Shown: positions 27,882-38,600, counted from the stretch's first letter. The stretch is 64,000 nucleotides of DNA from Acidobacteriota bacterium (GCA_963666055.2 CAXWPH010000003.1:128678-192677), one strand, 5' to 3'. Numbers and translations: made by a program. Notes: generated by a model not told the origin, from the sequence alone.

Positions 27882-29973
27882 CGGTATTCGCTTCCTCGTC
27901 GTCGCGTGGCTTCAGTCGCACCGCCCAAAGACCGGAGTTGTAGTCGGAGAAGAAGATATTGCCCTTGTAGGGTTGCGGCGCCCATGTGAACGGCGCGTTG
28001 GGCACATGGCCCTCCGGGTCGAACGGCAAGAAGTAGGCGATCTCGCGCCCCTGCCGGTAGAGATCGCCGAGTAGCTCGCCCGATATGTCGACAACGCGGA
28101 GCCCGCCCTGATAGTAAGCCACGTAAAGGATCTCGTTGTCCTCATCCACCCAGAGGTTGTGGGCGCCAGCCTCGGGTACCTCGTAACGGGCAACCTCCTC
28201 AGGCTTGTCCCAGTCGTCCCACTCGAAGATGTGGATCCAACCCTGCATCCGCTGAGGCTCACCTGCATAGCCCGGTGTGCCTCCGCGCAGGCCGGCCTCG
28301 TCGCCGCCGATCATGTAGAAGCTGCCCGTGGACTTGGAGCGGAACGGGAACGCAGCGTGGTTCCAGCCGCTCGGATAGGGCGTGTTGCCAAGAAACACCG
28401 GGTTGTTCGGTGAGCCACCCTTGCCGCCACCGCCTACATCGACCGCTACCACACCGTCGATCCAGTTTGACGAGTAGGCGATGCCGTCGGTCACCCAGAC
28501 GTCATGGATCGAGTGTCCAGGTGTGTCCATTTCGAAGGAGCTCACCCGGTGTGGCTTGGTGGGGTCCTCGATGCTGATGATGTCGTAGCGTTGGCCGGCG
28601 CTCAGCGCGTACACGTGTTCTTCGTAGACGAAGACGTTGTGCACGCCCCCGGTCAACTGCTCGTCGTAGCGAGACAGCACCTGCGCGCCCTGATCGTACA
28701 GGTCCGATACGTCGAGGATGAGCAGGCCGTTGCGGCGGTTCGAGGCTCCCTCGCGGCTGATTACCGCGATGCGGCCGTCTTCCGACACCTTGACGTCGTT
28801 GACCGTGCGCGCATCGACCTTGATGGTGTCGATGAGCTGCATGTTGGCGGGCTCGGTAACGTCCCAAAAGTACGCATGTCCATCGGCGCTATGGGTGCCG
28901 GTTACGGCGTAGTCACGCCCGTCCGGCCCCTCCCAGACCCAGAGGTCGGAGGTGGCCCGGTCGCTGACGCGCCCTTGCCCGAGGACCTCGATCTCGCGCC
29001 TGATGTCGCGCGGCCTGATGGCGACCGTGACCGAGGCGGTGTGCGTGCCGCTGGCCGCGACGATGGTGTACTCGCCCGGCAGATCAGCCACGAAACGGCC
29101 GTCCTGCGTGACCAGGCCGGAGCCCGGGTCGCCGATGCCGTACTCGACGTTTCGGGACTGGAAAGCGTACTGGACGGGCAACCCGGGGATGTCGTTTCCG
29201 GCGCTGTCGCGCGGTAGCGCGGTGAAGTGAATTACATCGCCAGTACGCGCATCCAGCAGGCTTGCCTGCAGCTGCAACGATGCGGTGTTGTTCTCGTTCA
29301 CCCGTGCCGCGAGGTCGGCGCTGACGTTGTCGGCGGTGACCGTAAAGGTCACGCTGCCCGGTGTCTTGAGCGTGACCGTACCCAGCGCGTTGATCTCGGC
29401 GATGCTCGGATCGCTGCTCGTGAAACGAAGTGCGACGTCGCTACGCTCGGCTCCGGAGGCGTCGGTAAGGCGCGTTTCCAGGCGTAACCGCGTCTCTGCG
29501 TAGAAGTTCTCCGGTGGCTCGACGAACTCCACCGTCGCAAGCGGTGGATTGGGAATCGTCACCCGAATCGTGGCGCGCACCGTGTCGGAGAGGTTTCGAC
29601 GGCTGAATGCCACGCCCGGCTTCGGTACCAGGGCGACGACATCGAAGGTCCCCGGGCGGTAGGCCTCGAGCTCCCCGGTTCCACTCACGCCAAGGTTGCG
29701 GCGTGCCCTGGAGAAGTAGATGACCGGCGCTTCGATGACGTTTCCAGCCGCGTCTGTCACCGTCGCCGAAAGCTGCAGCTTCTGTCCCACCTCGAGGGTG
29801 AGGGACGATGGCTCGACGGCGATCTCGGCGGCCTCTGCCGGCTCCTCTGCCGGCTCCTGTGCCGGAAGGTCGGCGGGGAGGACGGCGGTGAGCGCCAGGA
29901 CCAACAAGCTCATAGGGATCCATCGCTGCATTGCTAACCTCGAGTTTGACGCGAACACATCGCGGAACCGCAT
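27871..29973 (-). CDS. Ig-like (BIG2) plus LVIVD-repeat secreted protein
   Basis: Signal peptide, F.SSDPSIA Ig repeats, NDVKVS.DG, HNVF, HDVW, YYQGGLRVVD. Confidence 0.8.
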   Translation of the reverse strand: MRFRDVFASNSRLAMQRWIPMSLLVLALTAVLPADLPAQEPAEEPAEAAEIAVEPSSLTLEVGQKLQLSATVTDAAGNVIEAPVIYFSRARRNLGVSGTGELEAYRPGTFDVVALVPKPGVAFSRRNLSDTVRATIRVTIPNPPLATVEFVEPPENFYAETRLRLETRLTDASGAERSDVALRFTSSDPSIAEINALGTVTLKTPGSVTFTVTADNVSADLAARVNENNTASLQLQASLLDARTGDVIHFTALPRDSAGNDIPGLPVQYAFQSRNVEYGIGDPGSGLVTQDGRFVADLPGEYTIVAASGTHTASVTVAIRPRDIRREIEVLGQGRVSDRATSDLWVWEGPDGRDYAVTGTHSADGHAYFWDVTEPANMQLIDTIKVDARTVNDVKVSEDGRIAVISREGASNRRNGLLILDVSDLYDQGAQVLSRYDEQLTGGVHNVFVYEEHVYALSAGQRYDIISIEDPTKPHRVSSFEMDTPGHSIHDVWVTDGIAYSSNWIDGVVAVDVGGGGKGGSPNNPVFLGNTPYPSGWNHAAFPFRSKSTGSFYMIGGDEAGLRGGTPGYAGEPQRMQGWIHIFEWDDWDKPEEVARYEVPEAGAHNLWVDEDNEILYVAYYQGGLRVVDISGELLGDLYRQGREIAYFLPFDPEGHVPNAPFTWAPQPYKGNIFFSDYNSGLWAVRLKPRDDEEANTGGR

Positions 29974-30297
29974 GGGCGCATCGCCCGAAGGCGGCACCGT
30001 GAAAGGGCAGTATGGAATCCTAAGCTTGCCACCGGCGGTGGGCGGGCTCAAATGGCCGGCGGCCCGCTGACAACTTGGGGGGAAACGTATGAACAGGAAT
30101 ACGGCTTGTTCTTCCGAATTTGGGCGCCTCGAGAGGAGCGTGGATGGCTCCCTGTCGAGGGTCGCTGAGGGAGCCATGAGACATGGTAGCGTGAGACGCG
30201 ACCGGTTCAGGCTAGGATCGCGCCTGCGATGCAACGGGCCGTCCTGCCGTTACGATTGCTAGACAAGACCTGTCACAGGCGACTTCACGGAGATCTG

Positions 30298-30663
30298 ATG
30301 CCGACGCACATCATGGCGCCCAGCCGCCCGCCGGCGGCAGGGAACCTTCCGAAGCTAATCGAGGAGTACGTTGGGCGCGTGAACACGGGCTCGGAGCAGG
30401 TGAGTCTTGCCCACATGCACAGCCCTGGCGGCTGGCAGGAGCCGGGTCAGACGCCAGAGTTCGACGAGTACACGCTCGTGCTGGCGGGGACGTTGCACGT
30501 CGAGCATGCTGACGGCAGCTTCGACGTCGCCGTCGGCCAAGCGGTGCACGCACGGAAGGGAGAATGGGTGCGCTACAGTACGCTCGGCGCTGACGGGGCA
30601 GAGTATGTGGCGATATGCACGCCGGCCTTCTCGCCGCATACCGTGCATCGGGACGATGCCTAG
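30298..30663 (+). CDS. Cupin domain protein
   Basis: KLIEEYVGRVN, W.EPGQTPEFDEY..VL.G, EWVRYST, C.PAFSP. Confidence 0.85.
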   Translation: MPTHIMAPSRPPAAGNLPKLIEEYVGRVNTGSEQVSLAHMHSPGGWQEPGQTPEFDEYTLVLAGTLHVEHADGSFDVAVGQAVHARKGEWVRYSTLGADGAEYVAICTPAFSPHTVHRDDA

Positions 30664-30862
30664 CAGGCCGTGGTGGAAGGGTAGCGGGCCTGGCGACAGG
30701 GTCTTGGGAGGCGGAGGCATGGAGAAGGCGATGGTTACCCTATCTTTGACGAGGAACGACACAGCATACGTGCGCCACCCGCTTTTCGCCCGGAGGGCTG
30801 CCTTGCACCTGACGCCAACTCGCTGTAACCAGGCCCACCGCACTTCCACCACGGCTTGCTAG
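30660..30862 (+). mobile_element. MITE family 1, complete ~200-bp copy
   Basis: CTAG-CAGGCCGTGGTGGAAG ... CTTCCACCACGGCTTG-CTAG. The left CTAG holds the cupin stop codon; the internal hairpin segment of the 275-bp form is missing. Confidence 0.85.
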
Positions 30863-31215
30863 TGACTCCAGCAGCGATCAAGCCAAGTATTTCCCATGCT
30901 GACTTCGAGAAGCTGGACGTGCGCGTCGGAACCATCCTGAAGGTCGAGGAGATTTCGGGGGCCGACAAGCTCATGAAGCTCACCGTTGACCTTGGCGACA
31001 TGACACGCACCGTGCTGGCCGGGATCAAGGGCGAGCGTGATGATCCGCTGCAGATCGAGGGCAAGCAGGCGCTCTTCGTAGTCAACTTGGAGCCGCGGCG
31101 CATGATGGGGCAGGTTTCCGAGGGCATGCTGTTCGACCTCGGCTACGCCGACGGAATCGCCGCGTGTTTGGCAATCCCGGAACATCCGGTTCCGAATGGA
31201 ACGAGGGCTGGATGA
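30862..31215 (+). CDS. tRNA-binding protein (CsaA/Trbp111 OB-fold)
   Basis: DFEKLDVRVGTI, DKL.KL.VDLG, FVVNL.PR.M.G..SEGML. Confidence 0.88.
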   Translation: MTPAAIKPSISHADFEKLDVRVGTILKVEEISGADKLMKLTVDLGDMTRTVLAGIKGERDDPLQIEGKQALFVVNLEPRRMMGQVSEGMLFDLGYADGIAACLAIPEHPVPNGTRAG

Positions 31216-32423
31216 TGCGGCGAGATAGGTCCTACGGAGCGTTCTGGCGCACTCTGCCGGTGGCGCTGACGGTCTTGGTAGCGGGGTTGGTGGGGTCTGC
31301 CTGCATGGAAGACGACATGCTCGATCCCGAGCTCCTGGAGGATCCCGACGAAGCGGTCATCTACTTTCCGGATCGCGGCAACGTCTGGGAGCGTCGCGAG
31401 CCGGCCGAGGCCGGCTTTGACCCCATTTTGCTGGAGGAAGCCATCGACTACGCCGTAATGAACGAGACCGACATTCCCACCGATCTGCGGGCCTATCTCG
31501 AGAGTCGTTCCGAGGGGCGCGATGATCAGGAGATCACCGGTTCGGTGAAGGATCGTGGCTCGATGAACGGCCTCGTGTTGCATCGCGGCTACGTCGTCGC
31601 GGAGTGGGGCGACACGAGCCGCGTTGACATGGCGTTCAGCATCACCAAGAGCTTCTTGTCGACGGTCGTCGGGTTGGCCGTCGACCGCGGTCTGATTCCT
31701 GCCCTGGAGGATCGTGTCGCGGGCACGGTCGACGATGGCGGCTACGACTCGGAGCAGAACGCACCGATCACCTGGCTCCACTCGTTGCGTCAGACAAGCG
31801 AGTGGGAGGGTGAGCTGTGGGGCAAGGCCGATACGGCGGACCGACGCGAGGGCGTTGATCGCGAGCTGCAGATACCCGGTACGTTCTGGGAATACAACGA
31901 CGTGCGAGTGAATCGTACGGCGCTGTCGGCAGCCCGCGTTTGGGAACGGTCGCTGGCCGCCGTGCTCGACCGCGAGATCATGACGCCGATAGGCGCCAGC
32001 CGATCTTGGCGCTGGCACGGTTATCGCCACTCGATGGTCGAGATCGGAGGCGGGGAGGTCGAGTCGGTAAGCGGCGGTGGCCACTGGGGTGGCGGCCTGT
32101 GGATCTCCAGTCGCGATCTGGCGCGGTTCGGGCTTCTTTATCTGCGCCGCGGCGTGTGGCGAGAGGAGCAGCTGCTGTCGGAGGAGTGGATTGATGCCGC
32201 CACCACCCCCGGCGAGTTGAACCCGACATACGGCTACATGTGGTGGCTCAATACCGATGGCGAGCTATGGCCAAGTGCGGCGGAGGATTCGTTCGGAGCT
32301 CGAGGTGGCGGCGCCAACCTGCTGTGGATCGACCCCGCGCTCGATCTCGTGGTGGTCGTTCGATGGATCCAGCCAGGTGCGGAGGACGGCTTCCTCGAGA
32401 AGATAATCGCAGCGGCGGATTGA
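31212..32423 (+). CDS. Serine hydrolase, beta-lactamase family, probable lipoprotein
   Basis: SITK nucleophile, WEYND, GGHWGGG, DLARFG, YGYMWW. Confidence 0.9.
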   Translation: MMRRDRSYGAFWRTLPVALTVLVAGLVGSACMEDDMLDPELLEDPDEAVIYFPDRGNVWERREPAEAGFDPILLEEAIDYAVMNETDIPTDLRAYLESRSEGRDDQEITGSVKDRGSMNGLVLHRGYVVAEWGDTSRVDMAFSITKSFLSTVVGLAVDRGLIPALEDRVAGTVDDGGYDSEQNAPITWLHSLRQTSEWEGELWGKADTADRREGVDRELQIPGTFWEYNDVRVNRTALSAARVWERSLAAVLDREIMTPIGASRSWRWHGYRHSMVEIGGGEVESVSGGGHWGGGLWISSRDLARFGLLYLRRGVWREEQLLSEEWIDAATTPGELNPTYGYMWWLNTDGELWPSAAEDSFGARGGGANLLWIDPALDLVVVVRWIQPGAEDGFLEKIIAAAD

Positions 32424-32446
32424 TCTTGTCTGAGACGCGCGGGGCG

Positions 32447-33148
32447 ATGGTCGTACTGCGCGATCTGGTAAAGGACTATCACGAAGCCGACGTCGTACGC
32501 CGGATTCTCGATGGCGTCAACGCCAGCATCGGGCGCGGTGAGTTCGTCGTAGTACTGGGACGCAGCGGCTCGGGAAAGTCGACGCTGCTGAATCTGATCG
32601 CCGGAATGGACCAGCCGACTGGCGGCGAGGTGCATGTCGGCGAGGCTCGCATCGATACGCTCAGCGAGCGTGACCGCACCCTGTTTCGCCGTCGCTGCAT
32701 CGGTTTCGTGTTTCAGTTCTTCAACCTGCTGCCGACGCTGACGGTCGAGGAGAACGTTCTCTTGCCGCTCGAGCTATGCGGCACACTGAACACTCGCACA
32801 GGTGCGGCCGCGAACCAGTTGCTCGCCGAAGTCGGGCTAGCTGACCGTAGGAACAGCTTCCCTGACCGGCTATCCGGCGGCGAGCAGCAGCGACTTGCGA
32901 TTGTTCGGGCGCTGGTGCACGAGCCCGAGCTGCTGCTGGCGGATGAGCCCACCGGTAACCTCGACATTGAAACCGGAGAGGAGGTTCTCAGCCTCCTCGA
33001 CCGACTCGTGCGGCAGCGGGGTCGCACGCTGATCATGGCTACGCACAGTCACGAGATCGCGGCGACCGCCGATCGCGTGCTGCAGATCCGCGACGGCCAG
33101 TTGCAAGAGTCGGTAGCTCGGCGCCCGGGGGAGTCGCTGAGAGGATGA
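32447..33148 (+). CDS. ABC transporter ATP-binding protein (LolD/AttE-like)
   Basis: GRSGSGKS, LSGGEQQR, LLADEPTGNLD. Confidence 0.95.
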   Translation: MVVLRDLVKDYHEADVVRRILDGVNASIGRGEFVVVLGRSGSGKSTLLNLIAGMDQPTGGEVHVGEARIDTLSERDRTLFRRRCIGFVFQFFNLLPTLTVEENVLLPLELCGTLNTRTGAAANQLLAEVGLADRRNSFPDRLSGGEQQRLAIVRALVHEPELLLADEPTGNLDIETGEEVLSLLDRLVRQRGRTLIMATHSHEIAATADRVLQIRDGQLQESVARRPGESLRG

Positions 33149-35718
33149 CGGGGTCGGCTCGCTTGCTGCGACGCAGCAGCTATCGCTACCTTCAGAGACA
33201 CCGCTGGCAGCTGGTGCTTTCGGTGCTCGGTGTCGCGCTGGGCGTCGCGGTTACGGTCTCCGTCGACCTCGCTACGGGGTCGGCGCAACGCGCCTTCGAG
33301 CTGTCGACAGAGGCTCTGACCGGCACTACAACGCACCAAGTGGTTGCCGGTAGCGGCGGGCTCGACGAGGCTACGTACCGGCGCCTACGCGTCGACCTAG
33401 ACATCCGGACTGCCGCACCCATCGTCACGGGCTACGTCGCTCTGGCAAGCGACCCCACTCGGGTAGTGCGCGTGCTGGGAATCGATCCGCTGGCCGAGGG
33501 TGCGGTGCGCACCTACCTTGCCGCGAGTCTGGCAGATGCGCGGGCACCTGATCAGGCCACCTCCTTGCCCCTGGGGGAGCTGATTGTCAGGCCGGGTGCA
33601 ACGGCAGTTACGGCGGAAACAGCGGAAGCTCTTGGCTTGGTACCCGGTGCACGGCTCGAGGTACTCGTGGACGGCCGTACAGAGCAGCTGTCGGTGGTGA
33701 CGGTAATCAGTGCCGACCGCACCGCGAACCATGCTGGTCTACGCGACGTGCTTGTGGTCGACATTTCTACCGCCCAGGAGGTTCTGGGCATGACGGGTCG
33801 GCTGACACACATTGATCTACGGCTCGAGGGCGAGGGTGTCGCGGCAGCGCTCGAGCGCGTCGAGACGGTGCTTCCGCCGAGGGCGCAGATTATCGTCGCT
33901 GGCGCTCGCACCGAGACTACGCTGCAGATGACACGCGCGTTTCGCACCAATCTGCGCGCCATGAGCCTGCTGGCGATGGTCTGCGGCATGTTCCTCATCT
34001 ACAACACCATGACCTTCTCCGTGGTGCAGCGGCGGTCGCTCATCGGCACCCTGCGCTCCCTCGGCGTGACGCGTGCCGAGATTTTCCGCCTGGTGATCGG
34101 CGAGGCCATGGCCGTTGGCGTGTTGGGTACCCTGGTGGGGTTGGCCGCGGGCGTCGGTCTGGGAGGTGTTCTCGTGGACCTGGTGACGCGTACGGTCAAC
34201 GATCTCTACTTCGCAGTGACGGTCCGCGAGCTAGCGGTGTCCCCGGCGACCATCGCAGTGGGGTCGCTGCTGGGTCTCGGCACGACGTTCGTCGCAGCGC
34301 TTGTGCCGGCCCATGAGGCGACCCGAACGGCACCTCGTAAAGCCCTGGCGCGCTCGGAGATCGAGATTCGAACCCGCGCGCTGACTCCTAGACTGGCAGC
34401 AGTGGCGGTGTTGCTGGGGGTGCTGGGGGCGGCCGCCATCGCCTTTCCGTCGGCCAGCCTGGCGGCCCCGTTCGCCGGACTGTTCGCTTTTCTCCTCGGC
34501 GCCGCGTTGCTGACCCCGTTGGCCACGCGCGCCATGTCCGACCTGTTGCGTCGACTAGTGCTCCGCCGCTGCGGACCGGTCGGCACATTGTCGTCGCGTG
34601 GCGTTGCAGCAGGGCTCAGCCGCACGGCCGTCGCGGTGGCGGCGTTGATGGTCGCCGTGTCCGTAGTCATCGGCGTCGGAGTGATGGTGGCGAGCTTCCG
34701 GCTCACGTTGGTTCGCTGGCTCGACTACACACTGCAGGCGGATCTTTATGTGTCGTCGGTTTCAGCGCGTCGCTCAGCGCCGGATCTGGTGTTGGACGAG
34801 TCGGCGCGAGCGACGCTCGAAGCGCACCCCGCGATCGTCAGGCTCGGCACCATCCGCATGGTGACGCTGCCCGCTGGGAACGACGAGATCGCGCTGATCG
34901 CCATCGAGGATGGGGTCGACGATGGGTCGGCATATCGACTGAAGGTGGGCGATTCGGACGCTTGGCAATCGTTCGTCGATGGAGATGTGCTCGTTTCCGA
35001 ACCCTATGCTTCTCGTCGCGGCACCGAAGTAGGCGACGAGTTGGTCTTACGCACCGAGCGAGGCGAACGCGCTTTCCACGTCGCCGGCATCTACTACAGC
35101 TACGCGAGCGACCGGGGCGCCGTGTTGATGCATCGCGGTACCTACGATCGGTGGTGGTCCGATCGCGGCATCAGCGGGCTATCCATAACCGCGCAGCCGG
35201 GAGCGGCGCTCGACGCGCTGGCGGTAGATGTTCGCGACGCATTTCCGCGGCAGCGGGTTGTTGTCACGACGAATCGGTTGCTGCGTCAACGCTCGTTGCG
35301 CATATTCGATCGCACGTTCCTGATCACCGGCGTGCTGCGGACATTGGTGATGCTCGTCGCGTTCATCGGCGTGCTCAGTGCCCTCATGGCGATCCAACTC
35401 GAGAACACGCGTGAGTACGGCGTTCTGCGGGCTACCGGCCTCACGACGGGGCAGCTATGGGCGATGATCACGTCGCAGACGAGTCTGCTCGGCTTCATTG
35501 CGGGTGCCCTGGCGGTGCCGCTGGGCCTCGGCCTCGCCTGGGTCATGATCCACGTCATCAACAAGCGCTCGTTCGGCTGGACGCTACAGATGCATGTGCC
35601 AATGGACATTCTGTTGCAGGCGATCGCACTGGCGATGATCGCGGCGCTGCTGGCCGGGCTGTATCCAGCAGCACGGATCGCGCGATTGTCGCCGGCCGCA
35701 GCGTTGCGCGAGCAATGA
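33145..35718 (+). CDS. FtsX-like ABC permease (AttF/G-like)
   Basis: Duplicated MacB/FtsX architecture; FLIYN, IN.RSFGW. Confidence 0.9.
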   Translation: MTGSARLLRRSSYRYLQRHRWQLVLSVLGVALGVAVTVSVDLATGSAQRAFELSTEALTGTTTHQVVAGSGGLDEATYRRLRVDLDIRTAAPIVTGYVALASDPTRVVRVLGIDPLAEGAVRTYLAASLADARAPDQATSLPLGELIVRPGATAVTAETAEALGLVPGARLEVLVDGRTEQLSVVTVISADRTANHAGLRDVLVVDISTAQEVLGMTGRLTHIDLRLEGEGVAAALERVETVLPPRAQIIVAGARTETTLQMTRAFRTNLRAMSLLAMVCGMFLIYNTMTFSVVQRRSLIGTLRSLGVTRAEIFRLVIGEAMAVGVLGTLVGLAAGVGLGGVLVDLVTRTVNDLYFAVTVRELAVSPATIAVGSLLGLGTTFVAALVPAHEATRTAPRKALARSEIEIRTRALTPRLAAVAVLLGVLGAAAIAFPSASLAAPFAGLFAFLLGAALLTPLATRAMSDLLRRLVLRRCGPVGTLSSRGVAAGLSRTAVAVAALMVAVSVVIGVGVMVASFRLTLVRWLDYTLQADLYVSSVSARRSAPDLVLDESARATLEAHPAIVRLGTIRMVTLPAGNDEIALIAIEDGVDDGSAYRLKVGDSDAWQSFVDGDVLVSEPYASRRGTEVGDELVLRTERGERAFHVAGIYYSYASDRGAVLMHRGTYDRWWSDRGISGLSITAQPGAALDALAVDVRDAFPRQRVVVTTNRLLRQRSLRIFDRTFLITGVLRTLVMLVAFIGVLSALMAIQLENTREYGVLRATGLTTGQLWAMITSQTSLLGFIAGALAVPLGLGLAWVMIHVINKRSFGWTLQMHVPMDILLQAIALAMIAALLAGLYPAARIARLSPAAALREQ

Positions 35719-36881
35719 TCGTACGCTGCCATTCCACGCGAGCCCTTGCGTACGCCCTCTTGATGCTGACGATCGGCTGTGCTCGAGGCTCAGCACCGTC
35801 GCCACCGCGTGCCGGACTCTCGCTGACGTCGGTGCTAGGTGGCGAGACGCTGGGCTTCGCTCGGGCCGAAACACCCAGAGCGTTCGTCTTTCCACAGGAT
35901 CACGCAGAGCACTCTGACTTCCGCAACGAGTGGTGGTACCTCACCGGCCATCTCACCGACCGTGACGGCGACGATTTCGGCTACCAGCTGACCTTCTTCC
36001 GCACCGCGCTGGCGGCCGCAGCACCGCAACGAGGGTCGGCATGGGCGGCCCAGAACCTGTACATGGGGCACTTCGCGCTGAGCGACGTGGCAGCCCAGGA
36101 GTTTCATTTGGCCGAGCGGTTCGCGCGTGGTGCCCTCGGGCTTGCCGGTACGACCGTCGACCCGTTGTCGGTTTGGCTCGAAGGCTGGCGCCTGGATGCT
36201 GTGCCTGCGGAGCCGGGCTCGACCCCTGGGGATCTCCCGGAGCTCCGGCTGCTGGCCGCTGAAGACAGCTTCGCTCTGGATCTGCGCCTGCAGCCGCGGA
36301 AGCCGGTCGTTGCGCAAGGCGACAACGGCCTCAGCCGCAAGGGAGCGACCCCGGGAAACGCTTCGCACTACTACAGCGTCACCCGGCTGCAGACAACCGG
36401 CGTGGTCCGCGTGGGTGGAGTGATTCACGAGGTCACGGGGTCGAGCTGGTTCGACCGTGAGTGGAGCACCAGTGCCCTCGAGCCCGACCAGGTCGGCTGG
36501 GACTGGTTCTCTCTTCAGCTGTCAGATGGTCGCGACCTGATGCTGTACCTGATGCGTCGCGCCGACCTCAGCAACGATCCGGTAAGCAGCGGCACGGTGA
36601 TCGAGTCCGACGGCTCCTCGATCCACCTGCGGAAAGCCGACTTCGATGTGCGGGTACTTGATCGGTGGCGAAGCCGTGAGGGTGTGGTGTATCCGTCGCG
36701 ATGGCGGATTCAGGTGCCGAGCATCGAGCTCGATCTCGAGGTGGAGCCGATGCTTGCCGATCAGGAGTTCGCGGCCACGTTTCGCTACTGGGAGGGTATG
36801 GTGCGCGCCCAGGGCAGAGCAGCCGACGGACCCATCAGCGCCCGAGGCTTCGTCGAGCTCACCGGCTACACGGTCAGCTGA
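35715..36881 (+). CDS. AttH/CrtC-like lipocalin-fold protein
   Basis: FPQDH..H..FR.EWWY.TG, W.DREWS, GWDWFSLQL, YWEG, GFVELTGY. Confidence 0.9.
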   Translation: MIVRCHSTRALAYALLMLTIGCARGSAPSPPRAGLSLTSVLGGETLGFARAETPRAFVFPQDHAEHSDFRNEWWYLTGHLTDRDGDDFGYQLTFFRTALAAAAPQRGSAWAAQNLYMGHFALSDVAAQEFHLAERFARGALGLAGTTVDPLSVWLEGWRLDAVPAEPGSTPGDLPELRLLAAEDSFALDLRLQPRKPVVAQGDNGLSRKGATPGNASHYYSVTRLQTTGVVRVGGVIHEVTGSSWFDREWSTSALEPDQVGWDWFSLQLSDGRDLMLYLMRRADLSNDPVSSGTVIESDGSSIHLRKADFDVRVLDRWRSREGVVYPSRWRIQVPSIELDLEVEPMLADQEFAATFRYWEGMVRAQGRAADGPISARGFVELTGYTVS

Positions 36882-36896
36882 CGCCGAACAAGCAGC

Positions 36897-37256
36897 TCAG
36901 CCAGCCTGGAGGATCTCGATGTCGTAGCCGTCGGGATCCTTGACGAAGATATAGCGTCCAGGATCGGGCTGGGAGCGGCGGTGCCACCAGCCTCGCGCCT
37001 CCACATCGCGAACCACCGCCTCCAGGTCGTCGGCGGTGAACGCCAGATGACCGAACTGGTTGCCGGGTTCATAGTCGCGCCCGTCATGGTTGTAGGTGAG
37101 CTCGATGTAGTGGTGTTCCTCTGCGTCGGCCAGGAACACCAGCGTGGCGTCGTCGAGCTCGGACCGCCGCACCTCGCGTAGGCCGAGGAAGCCGCTGTAG
37201 AACTCGATCGACGCCTCCACGTCCCGGACCCGAATCATGGTGTGCGCGAGCTGCAT
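36897..37256 (-). CDS. VOC/glyoxalase (lactoylglutathione lyase-like)
   Basis: HTMIRV.D...S..FY, IELTYN, FGHLAF, F..DPDGY.IE. Confidence 0.9.
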   Translation of the reverse strand: MQLAHTMIRVRDVEASIEFYSGFLGLREVRRSELDDATLVFLADAEEHHYIELTYNHDGRDYEPGNQFGHLAFTADDLEAVVRDVEARGWWHRRSQPDPGRYIFVKDPDGYDIEILQAG

Positions 37257-37333
37257 GCCTTCTCCTTTCTCCATGCCTCCGCCTCGCAAGATCCTGTCGC
37301 CAGGCCCGCTACACTCCCACAGCGGTCTGCTAG
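37254..37333 (-). mobile_element. MITE family 1 left-end fragment fused to the VOC gene start
   Basis: Minus strand CTAGCAGACCGCTGTGGGAGTGTAGCGGGCCTGGCGACAGGATCTTGCGAGGCGGAGGCATGGAGA...GGAGAAGGCATG. Confidence 0.75.
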
Positions 37334-37382
37334 GGCTTCTGGGGGCGGTCCGCCATTCGCTGTCCTCATCTATGATGCCGCG

Positions 37383-38600
37383 ATGGCGGAGCGGTGGCGA
37401 GTCTTGTGGTGGCTTTCGCTGGCAGAGCTGCTGGCGATATCGCTATGGATGTCGGCGTCAGCCGTGGTACCGGCGCTCACCACCGAGTGGGGTCTCGATG
37501 CGGGCGAGCGGGCATGGCTGACCATCAGCGTACAGCTCGGGTTCGTGGTCGGTGCTTTGGCGCTGGCGATTACCAACGCGGCCGACCGCATCGCCGCTCA
37601 TCGCTTATTCCAGCTCGGCGCCGTGCTTGGCGCGTTGCTGAATGCGGCCATCCCTCTGATCGAGCCGGGGCTGCTGGCCGTGTTGATATTGCGGGGCGCC
37701 ACCGGCGCCTGCCTCGCCGGGGTATACCCGCCGGCGATGAAGCTCATGGCGAGCTGGTTCGAGCGCGGGCGCGGCCTGGCGATCGGCACTCTGGTGGGCG
37801 CCACGACCATCGGCACCGCGCTGCCGCACCTGTTCAGTGTGTTGCCGCGTGCGGCATCACCCGACGGGTTGCTTCCGTGGCGGGTGGTCATGCTCTCGGC
37901 GTCGGCGTCGGCGTTGGTTTCGGTTGTGGTGATCGGCTGGACGGTACGCCCGGGGCCACACCTGCCGGCGGCGGTTTGCTTCAGGTGGCGGCAAGCAGCG
38001 CACAGCCTGCGCGACCGGGCGAGCCGGTGCGCCAACTTCGGGTACCTCGGCCACATGTGGGAGCTGTATGCGATGTGGGCTTGGGCACCCATCCTGCTGC
38101 TCGAAAGCTACCGCGCCGCCGGCTATGGCGAGTCCGCGGCACATATGGCCGGTTTCGCCACCATCGCTGTCGGCGGCGTGGGATCGTTGGTTGCCGGGGC
38201 GCTCGCCGACCGTTTCGGCCGCACCGCCATTACCAGTATCGCGATGGGGGTGTCGGGGGTCTGCGCCCTGCTGGCGGGCTGGCTCGGACCATGGCCACTG
38301 CTGCTGACTGTTGTGTGCCTGATATGGGGGCTTGTGGTCGTCGCCGACAGTGCCCAGTTCAGCGCCGCGGTCAGCGAGTTGAGCGACCCGGCCTACGTCG
38401 GCACGGCGCTCACGATGCAAACTGCTATGGGGTTCCTGCTCACCACGGTCACCGTCCGCCTGGTGCCGTCGATGGTCGACTCGTTCGGGTGGGGTGCGGC
38501 GTTCGGAGTTCTGGCGGTCGGTCCGATCTTCGGCATTGCCAACATGGTGGCACTGCGGAGAATGCCGGAGGCGCGGCGACTCGCCGGCGGGAAGAGGTAG
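37383..38600 (+). CDS. MFS transporter
   Basis: W.SASAV, VQLGFV.G, VYPPAMK, YLGHMWELYAMW, ADRFGR, ADSAQFS. Confidence 0.92.
   Translation: MAERWRVLWWLSLAELLAISLWMSASAVVPALTTEWGLDAGERAWLTISVQLGFVVGALALAITNAADRIAAHRLFQLGAVLGALLNAAIPLIEPGLLAVLILRGATGACLAGVYPPAMKLMASWFERGRGLAIGTLVGATTIGTALPHLFSVLPRAASPDGLLPWRVVMLSASASALVSVVVIGWTVRPGPHLPAAVCFRWRQAAHSLRDRASRCANFGYLGHMWELYAMWAWAPILLLESYRAAGYGESAAHMAGFATIAVGGVGSLVAGALADRFGRTAITSIAMGVSGVCALLAGWLGPWPLLLTVVCLIWGLVVVADSAQFSAAVSELSDPAYVGTALTMQTAMGFLLTTVTVRLVPSMVDSFGWGAAFGVLAVGPIFGIANMVALRRMPEARRLAGGKR

Noticed and set aside
29827-29865. Short tandem repeats (GGCTCCTCTGCC-like; also Gln-rich codons at 59250-59310)
   Set aside because: They encode low-complexity linkers after signal peptides and are ordinary.
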